From Narcine bancroftii (taxonomy: Eukaryota): a stretch of DNA of 64,000 nucleotides. How positions within the stretch are numbered: position 1 is the stretch's first letter; each line of letters starts with the position of its first letter. Both the position numbers and the translations under genes were made by a program. Location: assembly GCF_036971445.1 (NCBI RefSeq), contig NC_091479.1, forward strand, positions 80,104,001 through 80,168,000. Reading direction: 5' to 3'. Shown piece after piece: positions 1 to 12,600 of this stretch. Under the pieces are notes generated by a model. It worked only from the letters and a program-made list of their open reading frames with translations, had not been told where the DNA came from and made no database searches.

Positions 1-927
1 AACAACTCCACTAGCTCCTCCGCAAAAATATATGGGTTGGGTCAACATTGAGGGCTGAAGGGACTGAACTGTGCTGTAGTGTTCTATATTCTAATTCTGT
101 AATTTAAAAAAATTAAGTAAATATAAAATAGAAAATGCAAGATTATCAGTGAACTAATTGATGAATAATTATTTTCTGATACTAATATAAACACAAAATA
201 AACCCAAAGTAGACCAGGTCATTCAACCATAAAATCACCAGTTTTATATCAGCTAGGATGAAAGTAGGTGTACATCGTAATTTATTAATCTCATTTCAAA
301 AATATAAGTATTTAAGTACTGTTTGTTTTGCCTGCATTACTGCATCCAATAACTACTTTTTAGGCAACTTGATCCATTCCAAACTATGAATTTAAAGCAC
401 ACATTTAGTGGCTCTCATGCATAATTTGCCAGATTTGCACCACTCATCGACATTTGTAGTGTTGGTACAGTTATTTGATAGTTAGAAATTAAATTACAGA
501 AGCTTGCAGAAATGAGTGACTTCAGCAATACGTTTTCTTCTCTAATTGTCAATAATGAATGTTTGAAAATTCAGATAAAGGGTAGAGACTGTACAACCTT
601 CTGATGGAAACAATTTCAGGATGCTTTCATTGCAACATTGATCCACATAATATAACAATGCAAGAAAATCCTAATGTTCTATGTTCCTGTTTGTCATCTT
701 CCATGGGGAAATAATAAACTGTGATGCTTCACAGTGAGTACAGTTAGTGAACTTAGAGGACAGTGTTCCAAGCATACTGACAGAGGTGCTGATGTCCATG
801 GTTGCCTAGCACCAGTTTGGAAAGATCCAGGCTTCAAAGCCATGGTGACCTTCCCCGCTATAGCTGGTGCAGTGATAACTTTGATGTGGGGCTTCAATTC
901 TTATGTAATGGATTCCTATTCTCACAA

Positions 928-1496
928 GGCCTTTTTATGGTATATCCCTGCATTAAAGCCGCCTCAATGAAAAAAGGTGAATTTAGCTTTTTATGGAGAA
1001 AACCTATGAGGCTGATCCGATCCAGCATTGCCTTCATAGGCCAGCGTCGGGAGCTGTCTTGCGGAGCTGAGGAAGGCGGGGTGAGTGGTGCATCAGCCCG
1101 TTGCCGTGACATCATCCATATGTGGCAGCAATTGAAAAATTAATATAGACATTCCCTCCCACCCAAAAGAACAAAAATTTTAGCCATCACTAATATGAAT
1201 AGAGCAATAATGTCATTAATGTATGTAAAAAGTATCTGAACACACTGAGTGCTTTAAAATTTACGCCCCTGGGTTGTGCGGCTGATGACATCATCAGCCC
1301 ACACCATTGCAGCCACTTTCAGCGGCATTTCCTTCATGGAGGAGGTGGAGAGAGCTTCTCCACCTCTGAGCGTAACCCCCAGGCGGATTGGTGTTCATCT
1401 GCCCTCAGAGCTTTCTTGAAGGTAAGTGAAATGATATAAAGGCAGAAAATATTTGCCTTTACATTTGATTTTTCCCCCCCCCACTATAAAAAAGCC
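928..1496. mobile_element. Degenerate non-autonomous DNA transposon (MITE, PIF/Harbinger-like) remnant
   Basis: Imperfect terminal inverted repeats GGCCTTTTTATGG (928) / CTATAAAAAAGCC (ends 1496); CpG-richer interior with TGACATCATC motifs and an internal hairpin GAGGTGGAGA-GAGCT-TCTCCACCTC. No clean TSD. Confidence 0.4.
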
Positions 1497-1887
1497 TACA
1501 GAGACACACAACTACCTAAAAGAGGACTCCTCAGTGATGGCCAGCACGCTGAGCAGATTACTTGTTTACTGTGTACTGTGGCCTCGGGCATTTTGCAGCC
1601 CATGTCATTGTTTATGGTGCCAGAACTCATTCTTACCTTGTACACTCATGATCAATAATCCCATACAATGAAATTTACATGAACAGTTCTGAATCAAATG
1701 CTCCAAATTGCAAAAGCATTTAACTGCCAAAATGCAGTAAAGGCAGCCAAATACACAAGTAATTCAATGGAGGGACAATTATTGTACATATTTGTGTAAT
1801 AGTCAAATCTTGAGTTCACCGGTGCAGTCATCGGTCATCTGAGGAAAAGACTGAATGAAAATCAAACACAAGTTCATTGCTTACCAG

Positions 1888-2801
1888 TGTTATGACCTAG
1901 ATCAGCAACAATAGAAATTCACCAAGACAACGGTATCTTCAAAACAATAATTTTAATTAATAACTATTATTAATATAAAATCTTACTTAACCCCACTAAA
2001 CATAAGTATGTGTGTGTGGGGTAAATCCCCAAACCATTACAGTTCAGGCATAATTCTGAAGAGATGATTTTAAAGTTCAATCTCAGAAATCTTTTGTGTT
2101 GAAACTCAGTAATTAAAACTGCCATTCAAAAGTCCTCAAACTCACAAATTCTTTGTAGATTTGTTTTCAGAGAAATGTTTCTTCATATGAATGTTTTTCT
2201 ACAAATCCTTCTCTCTTAAATGGAGGTTTCAGAATCTGTGTTTCACACGATGATTTCACAAACTCAGGCATGGGTCATTACAAATGGACACAGTAGAACT
2301 GCCCTCCTTTCACGAAAAGTCAGTGAAGTGGCTCTTCTTCTTTGCCACTGATTTTGTACATCTCCCATGAGGAGAACACCACAAAAGGACCTCCTTCACT
2401 GAAGGCTACAGCATTTCTCTCTTCAGATGAAACATAGTTCAATATTAAATATGTCTCCTTGAAGTGTCTTTAATCACATGACATGACATCATTTGATTTT
2501 ATTTGAAGTTTCTCTCTTCCAAAAGTTTACGAGAAAATGCTTCCGTGCTGTTGGCTCAGCTAACCAACAGATGACTTTCTTGGGTTTCAATGGACAATCA
2601 TTTCATCTCTATGGTTGTCTACACTGTTTCATTTGAACAATGATACAAGCTGGCTTACAGCTGGACATAGGAGACACAGCGTCTCTCTTAAAATGGATTT
2701 TGTGTGTAATTGTCTTTGTGTGTGTTCTTGTCCAACTCACAAAATAACTTTACTAAAATAATGTTATAACTAAAGATTAATAATAGCACAATTCTGTCAC
2801 A
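1888..2801. mobile_element. Solo LTR (914 bp), probably Gypsy/Ty3-type
   Basis: Starts TGTTA at 1888 and ends TCACA at 2801, flanked by an exact 4-bp target-site duplication CCAG (1884-1887 / 2802-2805). No internal coding sequence. Confidence 0.7.
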
Positions 2802-3946
2802 CCAGGCAGCAGTGATCTTTGCCCTCCTGCATGTCTGTGAAATGTGGACTATCTCTTGCAAGTACCTTAAAGCTCTACATCAGCTTTATGCAAAATATTC
2901 TCACCCACTGGCAAATAATTAAACCGACATCAACATTCACTCCCAGAACTGAGCCACAATTGAAGTTTGGTTCTGATGGGCAGATACATTGTTTGCAAGG
3001 CCACTATCAGACTCTAGAACCAATCTCTGCAGATGCACAGTGGAAATGATTGAAGGATGTTTTCAAAGCTCCCTCCAATAATAGAAGGTAATAGGGTGGA
3101 AGAATTAGTCAGGAGTTGAGGGGAGGGGAGGAAGCTGAAGAGCAGTGGGATTTGGAACTTATCTCTTGAGTGAAGACATGACCATTGATTTAGATATGGG
3201 AATATGGAAATGAGTAGATTTGCTTTTTCATTTCAGCCTAGGCAGACTTACTTCTGAACACTACATTTCTCTGTTTTGTAATGAGTATTGTTTCTACTTT
3301 CAGTCACATAATTGATCTTGTGCCTCATTTTAAAATTTGAAAAGCTAGTACAATTTCTACCCAGAATTTTTCCTAACACAAATATGTCATCAGGAGGACC
3401 ATTAATATTTAACATACAAGGAAGAGTTCACAAAGGTTTTCCTGGAATATCCTGTCTTTTAGTCTTGGGCCCAATAAATTTCATTAAAAAATAATTCATG
3501 CATTTTTTATATCTATAGATTTTAGGTTTGTTTTTTAATGACATTGAATTCCTTATAATTTTGCAGAACATCAAGTTCTTTGAAGGAAATAATTTGCTCT
3601 ATTAGAAATCCAAGTTTGGAACTGTGGTTTAGTTAAAACCCCATTCACATCAATATAATAAAAATTATCCACCTGTGGATCAATAACAAAAGCTATTTCA
3701 ATGGGGAAAAAAAATCTAATTTACACATTCAGGAGCATGATAAAATATGTTTAGTGCACATTGTATTAATTTAGTTTCATTCTTCTAGTATAATTCCAAG
3801 TTCCTTAATTATTTCCTGTGAATAATTTATTGTAGAAAAGTACAAAAGGGACAAGTTACCATAGGTACCAGTAAACAAAGAATCATTTTATTTCCTACAT
3901 TGCTGATTTCAGGCACCAAGTTGAGTATTACACAGGAAAATAATTT

Positions 3947-4040
3947 CTACAGCAGCTTCCCACTACTCAGTATTGTGGATTTTGTCTTGGAGCCCTTTCC
4001 ATTGGGACTTTTACAGCATTGCTGAATTTTGGAAAGATGC
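3947..4040 (-). CDS. TEX52: TEX52-like, probable last coding exon ((W)HLSKIQQCCKSPNGKGSKTKSTILSSGKLL*)
   Basis: Acceptor tttcttacag at 4050-4041. The phase-2 join with the upstream exon (TG|G = Trp) gives MKWHLS, aligning with human KKYRHIS as recalled. TAG at 3949-3947. Confidence 0.6.
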
Positions 4041-4374
4041 CTGTAAGAAAGAAACACATTTTAATGCAAGTTTTTCTTTAGAATTTAGTAGTGTTACATA
4101 TGGACCAAGAGACAGATAAGAAAATGTTGCAACTCTACAAAGCCAACTGTCTCAAGAAACCAGAACAATAGGGAAGGGGAAGGGGTTGAGGGAAAGGGGA
4201 AGCCAAAGTATTTTCTTCAGCTACTTTCTGCCACTTCTTTAGATTTATTATAGATATCTGGCATCATAAAATGCATAAAATACACCTGAAAGATGTCAAT
4301 AAAGTGCCATATTTCTAAGCATTTCAAAATCTCATGGACGATATTAACTGGAAACATACCAGAGTGATGGTCTA

Positions 4375-5195
4375 GAACCATAGAAGGCTATAGCACAGAA
4401 ACAGACCCTTCGCCTTTCTAGACTATTTTTCTGCCTGACCTGCACCCAGACCGTATCCCTCCATACCTCTCCTGTCCAGGTATTTAAATGTCAAAATTGA
4501 GCCTGCATTTACCAATTTAGCTGGCAATTTGTTCGGCATTTCCACCACTCTCTGCAAGAAATTCTCCCTAATGTTCCCTTTAAACTTTTCCTCTTTCATC
4601 CATGTTCTCTAGTTTTGTCTCACCTAACCTCAGTGGATAAAGCCTGCTTGCATTGATTCTGTCTGTACCCATCAGAATTGTGATACAGTCCTAACCTACT
4701 TAGCCTTGCCCTGTAACTCCGTTCAAGTCTTGGCAACATCTTTGTAAATCTCCTCTGCACTTTTTCAATCTATTGCTATCCTTCCTGTGGTTAGGTGTCC
4801 AAAACTGCACACAATACTCAAAATTTGGCCTTACTGTTGTTTTATACAACATCAACATAGCATCCCAATTCGTATATTCAAAACTTTGATTTATGAAAGC
4901 CAGAAACTCTTTTTACAACCCTATCTAGCTGTGAGGTGACTTTGAGGGAACTTGATATCTGTTTTCCCAGATCCCTCTGTTCTACCATACTCCTCAGTGA
5001 CCTACCATTTCTTGGTTTGTCCTTCCAAAATGCAACACCTCACCCTTGTCGGCATTAAATTCCAGCTGCCATTCTTCAGCACATTTTTCCAGTGGATCCA
5101 GATCCCTCTACAAGCTTTCAAAGCCTTCCTCACTGTCCACAACATTTCCACTCTTTGTGTCATCTGCAAACTTGCTGATCCAATTAACCACATTA
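4375..5195 (-). mobile_element. CR1 LINE 3' fragment (decayed RT end and tail)
   Basis: Minus-strand remnants of KFADD...WQLEFN.KC.VLHFG and LEYCVQFW-type CR1 ORF2 motifs with frameshifts; typical tail near 4375. Confidence 0.85.
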
Positions 5196-5592
5196 ACAGT
5201 TAATTTCTCAGAAATTCAAATGATATTAGATTTCATTCTGAATTGTCTTAGTATGTGCAATTAGTGCCCTGCTTTGTTAGAATGCTAAGTTACTCAGTTT
5301 CATCAGTATCACTCTCTCTCATAGGCAGGGGGAAAAAATGATTAAATTATATATCTTGGAATGCCTGAGATGGATTTTTCCTTTCTTGGTCAAAAGCAGA
5401 AGTATCTTTCTTATTCTTTATCCTTTTTAAGGACCACAGCTATCACAGATAATGGAATCCAATCTCTGCAAATGCAAAAATGTGCAATTTCAAGCTACAA
5501 AAAAAACAGATGAAATAATAATAAATTTTACTCGTGGATTTCTCAGCCACAAAATGTTTTAATTAACAAAATATATAGGCATAAAACATAAC

Positions 5593-6646
5593 TTTAAACA
5601 GTGGAAAATAATCAATGTTGAGCAGGACCTTAGGTATATTGATTCATAAAATGGAAGCAATTAGGAAGACAAATTGTATGTTGGTCTTAATTTCAAGGTC
5701 ATCGGGTTATGTGTCAAATAGTCTTGTCCAAAAATCTACAAAGCTTTGGTGAAACTCACACTATGACTGTGTATGTAGTTCTTGTCAGTGTGCATGCATG
5801 TTCCAAGTGTGGATTTCACCAGAGAATAGTAAATTCATTGATTTATAAATTGATAGTGTTACCTTAATTTAATTTTTTAGATTTAATTTAGACAAGCAGC
5901 ATGGTAACAGAGCCTATCAGCCCACAATCCGGTGCCACCCAATTGCACCCAATTGACCTACAATCCCATTACATTTTTGGGGGTGGGAGGAAACCGAAGC
6001 ATCTTATGAAGAGAGGTTGTGTGGGATTGGTCTGTAGTCACTGATGTTAGAATTAAGGAAATCTCATTGAAACGTCTTGTGTACGGATATCAGTCATGGA
6101 TTTTTTTTTCCATTGGAAGTCATATGGTACTGGTTACTTGGCAACACTTGAAATGGCAGCCGGAAAGATTGCCAGGGCCACAATTTAGGGATTCCTGCTG
6201 TTTCTTCTCCAAAGGAAAAGAGTTGGTGCTGAAAATGTATTACAGTGTTAAAGTAGGGGGCCCAGCTGCAGTATAAATGGTTAGAGATTTAGCATTGAGA
6301 TGAGAGAAGATCTTTATTCAGAGTGATATGTTTTTGGATTTTTTTTTAACCCGAGGGCTTCAAGTGTTGAATTAAATTAAGGTAACATTATCAATTTATA
6401 AATCAATGAATTTACTATACTCTGGTGAAATCCACACTTAGAACATGTGTGTACACTGACAAGAACTACATACACAGTCATGGTGTGAGTTTCACCAAAG
6501 CGTTGTAGATTTTTGGACAAGACTATTTGACACATAACCCGATGACCTTGAAATTAAGGCCAACATACGTCTTCCTAATTGCTTCCATTTTATGAATCAA
6601 CATACCTAAGGTCCTGCTCAACATCAATTATTTTCCACTGTTTAAA
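5593..6646. repeat. Long inverted repeat, arms 5593-5874 and 6370-6646 (about 280 bp)
   Basis: Arms are near-exact reverse complements, e.g. GACTGTGTATGTAGTTCTTGTCAGTGT vs ACACTGACAAGAACTACATACACAGTC. The about 495-bp spacer holds SINE/CR1 debris. Confidence 0.95.
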
Positions 6647-6893
6647 TCAAGATAATTAGATTTTGAATGCAAAGAGTCCAGGATATTGAGCAGGAAAGTA
6701 AATCTAAGACACACAAACCCCCATAATATTGAACAGGAAATTGGAGTGATGGGCAACTTGGCCTTCCTCTGGCTGTTAAATTCAATGATTCTGAATGTCA
6801 CAGAAGAATTGTTGTTCAGTTGACCACACAAAGGCTAAAATCTACAAGAGAGAAAATGTTTTTTTAAAAATAGGCGACCATAATTTAACTCAC

Positions 6894-7657
6894 CATTTCA
6901 TGTTTTCTGGTGGGATTATATTCCCATGGTTGTCAATTGGGGGCACTCTGCTCTCACTCTTTATCTTTAGTTTCCCATAATGCTTCTGCTCTTTTTCCAA
7001 CAAAGTAATTACTTTTTTCTTCCACTGTAAATCAATATACAGGTTACTACAGGAAAGGAATTGTAACCAAGTGTTTTCTCTCATTCTTGAAGGGAGTGGA
7101 ATGGATATTGGATACAGTGAAGTTATCCATTTAGGAAAACGTTCTTGGTCTATATTACCATGATGTTCAAGATTTTGGGAGACATAATATCTCCAGATGT
7201 TACTGTTGAACTCTCTGTCTGACCTGTTAGGGAAGATGGGTGCAAACCTTCCAACGTCTAGCCAACCTTGATAGCTTGGTGAGGAACATTTGCACTGCAG
7301 AGATGCATTTAACCTCTGGTCGAATTCAGATATCACATCTTTGGGTGGAGATGATTGAAATGCAAGTCTTTGATCTGCCCTGGGGTAAAATCCAGTTAAT
7401 TTTTCATGCTTATCTTCCAACAGATTTTCTTTCTCTGCTCGTGTAAGCAGTTTTGAGGCTGACGTAAAATGACTGACTGGTGACTCCCAGGAGGGTTGGA
7501 TCTGTAAGATTTGTAAGGTACTCTGGTCAGTGGGATAAAGGATTTCAGTGACAAATGCCTGGAAGCTTGGGTCATGCTTTCTAGGCAGAGGGTCTCCGAG
7601 AAAGAATCCTAATATGCCTTGGCTTTCCCAATTCAGAAAAGAAAAAAAAACCACATC
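6894..7657 (-). CDS. TEX52: TEX52 (testis-expressed 52)-like main coding exon; 5' boundary uncertain (acceptor candidates before 7657 or 7622)
   Basis: ORF 6890..7654 contains WLDVGRFAPIFPNRSDREFNSNIWR and KLKIKSESRVPPIDNHGNIIPPENMK, matching recalled human TEX52 [25 protein letters not shown] and [26 protein letters not shown]. Donor TG|GTGAGT at 6893. It lies downstream of FOXM1 on the same strand, as in human. Confidence 0.85.
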
Positions 7658-9374
7658 CTGAACAGCTACATAAACCGAACAAAATGCAAGAAAATTCCCT
7701 TTTCATATGGAATAATCAGAGCCACAAAAGGATGAGAAGCGTGGGGGTGGGGGGCAGTCATCATATTTCAAGATTTTAGAACACTTTTTTCCAGTTTCCC
7801 TTGTGATGATCATCGTGGATCCTCTTGTATTGATTGCAGCAGACCCTGTGCAAAATGGTGGTCAAACAATTGTACCCACTATATTGGTCCAACGTACTGA
7901 CCCAGGAACGATGAAGGAATGAAGATGCTGAGGCACTGAAGGGTCAGGAGGCAAGCCACTCTTTACTATCTCAATAAAGACCAGTTCAGTCAAAATTCCT
8001 CTAAGTGGTCTCAGAACAGATTCCATGAAGATCCATTAACTAACTTACCACAGAATGTGATGAATAGAAAGCAGATGATTCCTAAAACAAGCCTAACAAT
8101 AATCCATCCTCTGTGAAAATGTGCAAAATTCTTTCCCTTCAATACATTCCCTTGCAAGGCCAGCCAGCAGATCATTTGAAGGAATGATCAAATTTAATGG
8201 ATAACAACCGAGCCTTCTTCTTATTTTCTGAACTTTAACCCTTACTGAAAATAAAATTATTTCCAACTTTTTCAAGATTCGATTAAAAATAATGAAGCAG
8301 AGTTCTCTTTAACCTGGCACCAAGTTAAAACTTTCCCCATGTCAAGACTGAATAACCCTCCATATAATTTGATGTATATATCTTAATGATGCAACTACCT
8401 TAAATGATGTTAATATTTTTGTACAATTGCAAATTCATAAGATTTAACAACATGGTTATTTGCATTTATCTAAAGAACCTCAATTTTATTCAATACAGAC
8501 ACAAAATGCAAAAGGAGATCAGTCTACCCACTGTGCCAGTACTGACTGAGAGCTTTCGAGTTCCATTCCTCTTTATCACCATAAACCTGCAATTTTATCC
8601 TGCATATCTTTAACCAATCTCCTTCCACTTCACTTTCATGTATTGCATTGCAGATGTTAAAAAAATCTGTGCAAAAAATGTTTTATTTCATGTTATCTCT
8701 TGTTCTTTTACCAGTTGTCAAATATCTCTATTTGCTAGTCCTTCTTCCACTAGAAAAAGTATCCTTTATTTACCCTTGAACACTATTATTAAATTTCACT
8801 TTCATAAGGAGAATGATTCACATATCTTCAATCTCTTCATTTAATTGAAGTTCATCATTCCTGGTATCAGTTCAATAAATCGATTCTGGACCTTTACCAA
8901 AGCTTTGAGATCTTTCTTAAAGTATAGTATCTGGAATTACCAGAATACTCCCAGAGAACTCATGACTTCAACAGGTTCACAATAATTTTTTTTTTACTGC
9001 CTACATCTCTTTAAGAAACCAAAGATCCCATGTGTGGTTTAAAAAAAATCTTTGCCTTTAAAAAAGTCATCACAAACCTTTGGGTTTCTGTCTCCTTAGT
9101 TTAAATTCTTGCTCCCCTCACTTTCCAACAAAATAAATCACTTCACCTTTTTTTCCAATGCTTTTATTTTCCCATTTACTGATAACCACTGCTTGTTTTC
9201 TCTGTAGCCTACTAGCATTCTCCATTCTGGAATACATCATAACCTTTCACATCTTTAACTGTTAAGAACAAGAGAGACTTCGACCAAAGGACTGAACAAG
9301 TCTGACCAAGGGAAATTAACCAAGAGCAACCTTAGAAAATAAACATCAAGCATAACAATATAGGGTGTATTTGT

Positions 9375-9610
9375 GCAGATGCTCCACCATGTGCTATCTG
9401 TCCATTGTTTGCACCAAGATACATAGCCCTCCATATGCTGTCACTATTTACACTAGGCACAAAGACTGCCATATCCTGGCTACTGTTCACACTAGGCATA
9501 AACACCATCATACATTGCCCACTGTTTACACCAACATGCTCCACCATATATTGCTACAGTTTACACTAGGGTACATACATCATCATACACTGTCATTGTT
9601 TACACTGGTA
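9375..9610. repeat. Degenerate minisatellite, about 6 units of about 38-40 bp
   Basis: Recurring unit close to CACAAACACCACCATAT.CTG.CACTGTTTACACTAGG. Confidence 0.8.
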
Positions 9611-12600
9611 TATATTGTCTGTTTAATTAGTAAGACGCATTCTATTTGCTCTGAACTGGATTTCATTCTTGGGGATAGTGGTTTTAATTGGAGCCCATTT
9701 AAGATTACAACGTTATTCTCCAAGGTTTGGGTCCAGTATTTCTGCAAGATCATGAAAAATTCTTCAATTCTGTAGAAAAGAAATTACCATGCAATTTTGA
9801 AAGCATGTATAAGGATTCTCTTTTGGTTGTTTTCCCTTCTCTCGCTTATTCCACCACAGGCTGCTTTCATTTCCTCTCAACATAACTCATGCTCAGTCTA
9901 CCCAAGTGGCAGCACGATATTGCTTCGTGACCTGGTATTGCTGGAGACATATGATATCACAGAGGGATATTGTTAATCACTGCTCAGACCATCAGGGATG
10001 AGCAAACATGCAGGTCGTGAGAAAGGTAAAAGGGAGAGTTGGATCAAACAGACTTGTTAAGTGGTATTTCCTGGACAGCGAGTAGGACTTTAACCATTAT
10101 CTATTCCCCCATTTGCTCTCAGTGGTGACTCCCTTCCAGTCAGGGCATCGTCTTAGTACAGTTTCCAAAGGGTAATATTAGAATCACATTCAGACAAAGG
10201 AGATGGATCTTTAAAAAACATTGTGATGCCCTAAAAGTACAAGAAAAATATAATGTGGGCCTCATTGAATACCAAGTAAGATCCCTGGTATCTGGCACCA
10301 GTGGAGATTGGGAGATGCCAGATAAGTGAATTTTCTGGTTGTTGAGATTGTGTGTTGAGTGGATTAGTGAACTAATGGCAAGATGCATTAATTTTGAACT
10401 TACGTATTTTCTGCAATTTTTTGCCGGTGGCTTGAATCCTGGATAATGGCAGTTTTAATGTATTAAAAGGACCTCTTTTAAAGTCATATTATCATGGAGA
10501 GAAGTAGCACAGAAACAGGCCCTCAGCTCACCAAGTCTGCACTTACTATCATCCATCCATTTACACTACTTCTACATGAATCCAGTGTCTATGAAATAAG
10601 TAGCCTATACTAAACTTTTCCCTTCTCCTGGAAGCACTTTATTGCTTCAACCCTGTTCAATGAAGGTGGGCTGGGGTCCTTCTCCCGCCGGTATTTGCAA
10701 TGAGCAGACAGAGAGGGCGATTCCAATAGAGAAAAAAAATCTACATCGGGCCAGGAGATCTATCTTGTAGCTATCTCTGCTGGTGGTCAGTCAGATTTGC
10801 TGATCATTGCCAATGGATTTTGGGGAATTGGGTTCATTTTCCGACACCATGGAATGTGGGGTTCCTTTTACCATTGACTCCTGGCTTTGAGAAAAGATGA
10901 AGTGTTTATTTGAAAGCTCACCTCATTTGTATCTATGTTATCACTTAAGTGAGTTCCTTTAAATACCTCAAAAAGATGTGGGATGGTTAGCAGAAGTCAT
11001 TGTGTAACTGGGATACCATCAATTTAATATCAAACAAGGTTTAATTTTTTGAGCAAATAATGAATTGCTGAAGGAACTAATCAGGTCAGGCAGAATCCAC
11101 AGGTGCTGGTCAGTGAACTTTTGTTCTGGACCCTTTCTTGAGGCTGGTTTAATTTCTTCATTGTTGAAGTATTTTCCATGAGTAGTTAGGGTTCAACAAT
11201 TAAGGAGGAAGACCAGAATGAAATGCCCCAATTCTTGCTGACAAAAAGCATCCGATAAAGATTACTGGTGTGGGCCAAGTTTAAAATCGCATCACAATTA
11301 CAATCTCACTCTTTTACGTTAATGTTGTGGACAATTATTAGCTACCCTGTGAGAACATCTGAAAAAATGTCTTTGCCCAGAAATTTAATAATCTAAAACT
11401 TTCCAAGACACTTTATAAGAATATTATCAGATAAAATTTGGCATTTAGCAGAAGGAGATACTAAGTTGTGTCATCTAAAGTTTGGCCCAAGGTACTGAGG
11501 AACATCTTAATTTTCCATTGAGGCACGTAGTAGCCCTCTTGACGATATCAAATTCTACATTTTCAGGTTATAACCTTCTCTTGTGGTAAATGACTCAGCT
11601 ATTCCCCTTTCATAATTGACAGCTCTGCATATCACAATTTATCTTTACTGTTATTTTGTGGCTTTTATGTTCTTTTGTTTATGTTTTCTTTCTTCCTTTA
11701 ACTGGCTGCATTCATCTACCAACCAGATAACCTTATTCATACCTTAATCTCACAACAATCCTGGCCTCATCTTGTCGATGTTCCCTTTCTCTAATCCCTC
11801 CCTCTCACACCACCTCTGCAATTTAAAACCAATTATTTATGTTTCCTAGTTCTTTAATCCAAAATAACTCTATTCCTCTTTCAACAGTTGTTCATCTTGC
11901 TGAATGACTCTAGCATTTAAAAAAAAAATTCATTGGTATTTTTATTTTAATTTTCATAATTTTTGTATGTGTTTAGGAGTGAAAAGCTCCCTGCAGGTAG
12001 CAACCACATAATATGGGGATGAAAATAGAAGCACTTTTACAGTTAAAAGCACAGCAAAATGAATACAGAAAAGAATCTCAATAATACAATTTGGGAAAAA
12101 TTATTTTTATTGTCCTTCCATTTCTGTGCAGCAGTCTATTCACCAATTATAGGATGGTTATCACAGCCAATCTCACAATGAACTGCTCAGATTTGCACAA
12201 GCTGCACAGGGCACAGACTGCATTCTTTCTATTAAGGTGCATTGAAGGAGTCGGAGTATTTACAATGAATTTAATATGAAATATCTACAAAGACTGCAAA
12301 CTGGAAATTACTGTCTAGTTCATAATTTACAAGAATGTTGCTGTTGCAGGATCTGCGGACTCAGCTGTGGGGATGTTTGACTAACAATCTTATTGTTGCT
12401 GCATTATTCCGGTTTGCATGTACTCGATGAAAGTACTCCAGTTGTTCACTGATATATAGAGCAGGAACCTATTTTCAGAAAGAACATACATGCAATATAG
12501 TCCTTAAATAAATGGCACTATTAATCAACTGGTTAAGCACAAAGATCTGTTCACATATCTTTATCACATATGCTAGTAATCAAAAGAAAAAGACACTCAA

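Noticed and set aside
1-3900. NRIP2 or ITFG2 exons expected from human synteny
   Set aside because: No ORF with recognisable similarity; the short ORFs at 694-1143 overlap a MITE remnant. An X-box-like GTTGCCTAGCACC at 801 alone is insufficient.
9375-9610. CRISPR-like array
   Set aside because: Units are contiguous degenerate tandem copies without unique spacers; eukaryotic context and no cas genes.
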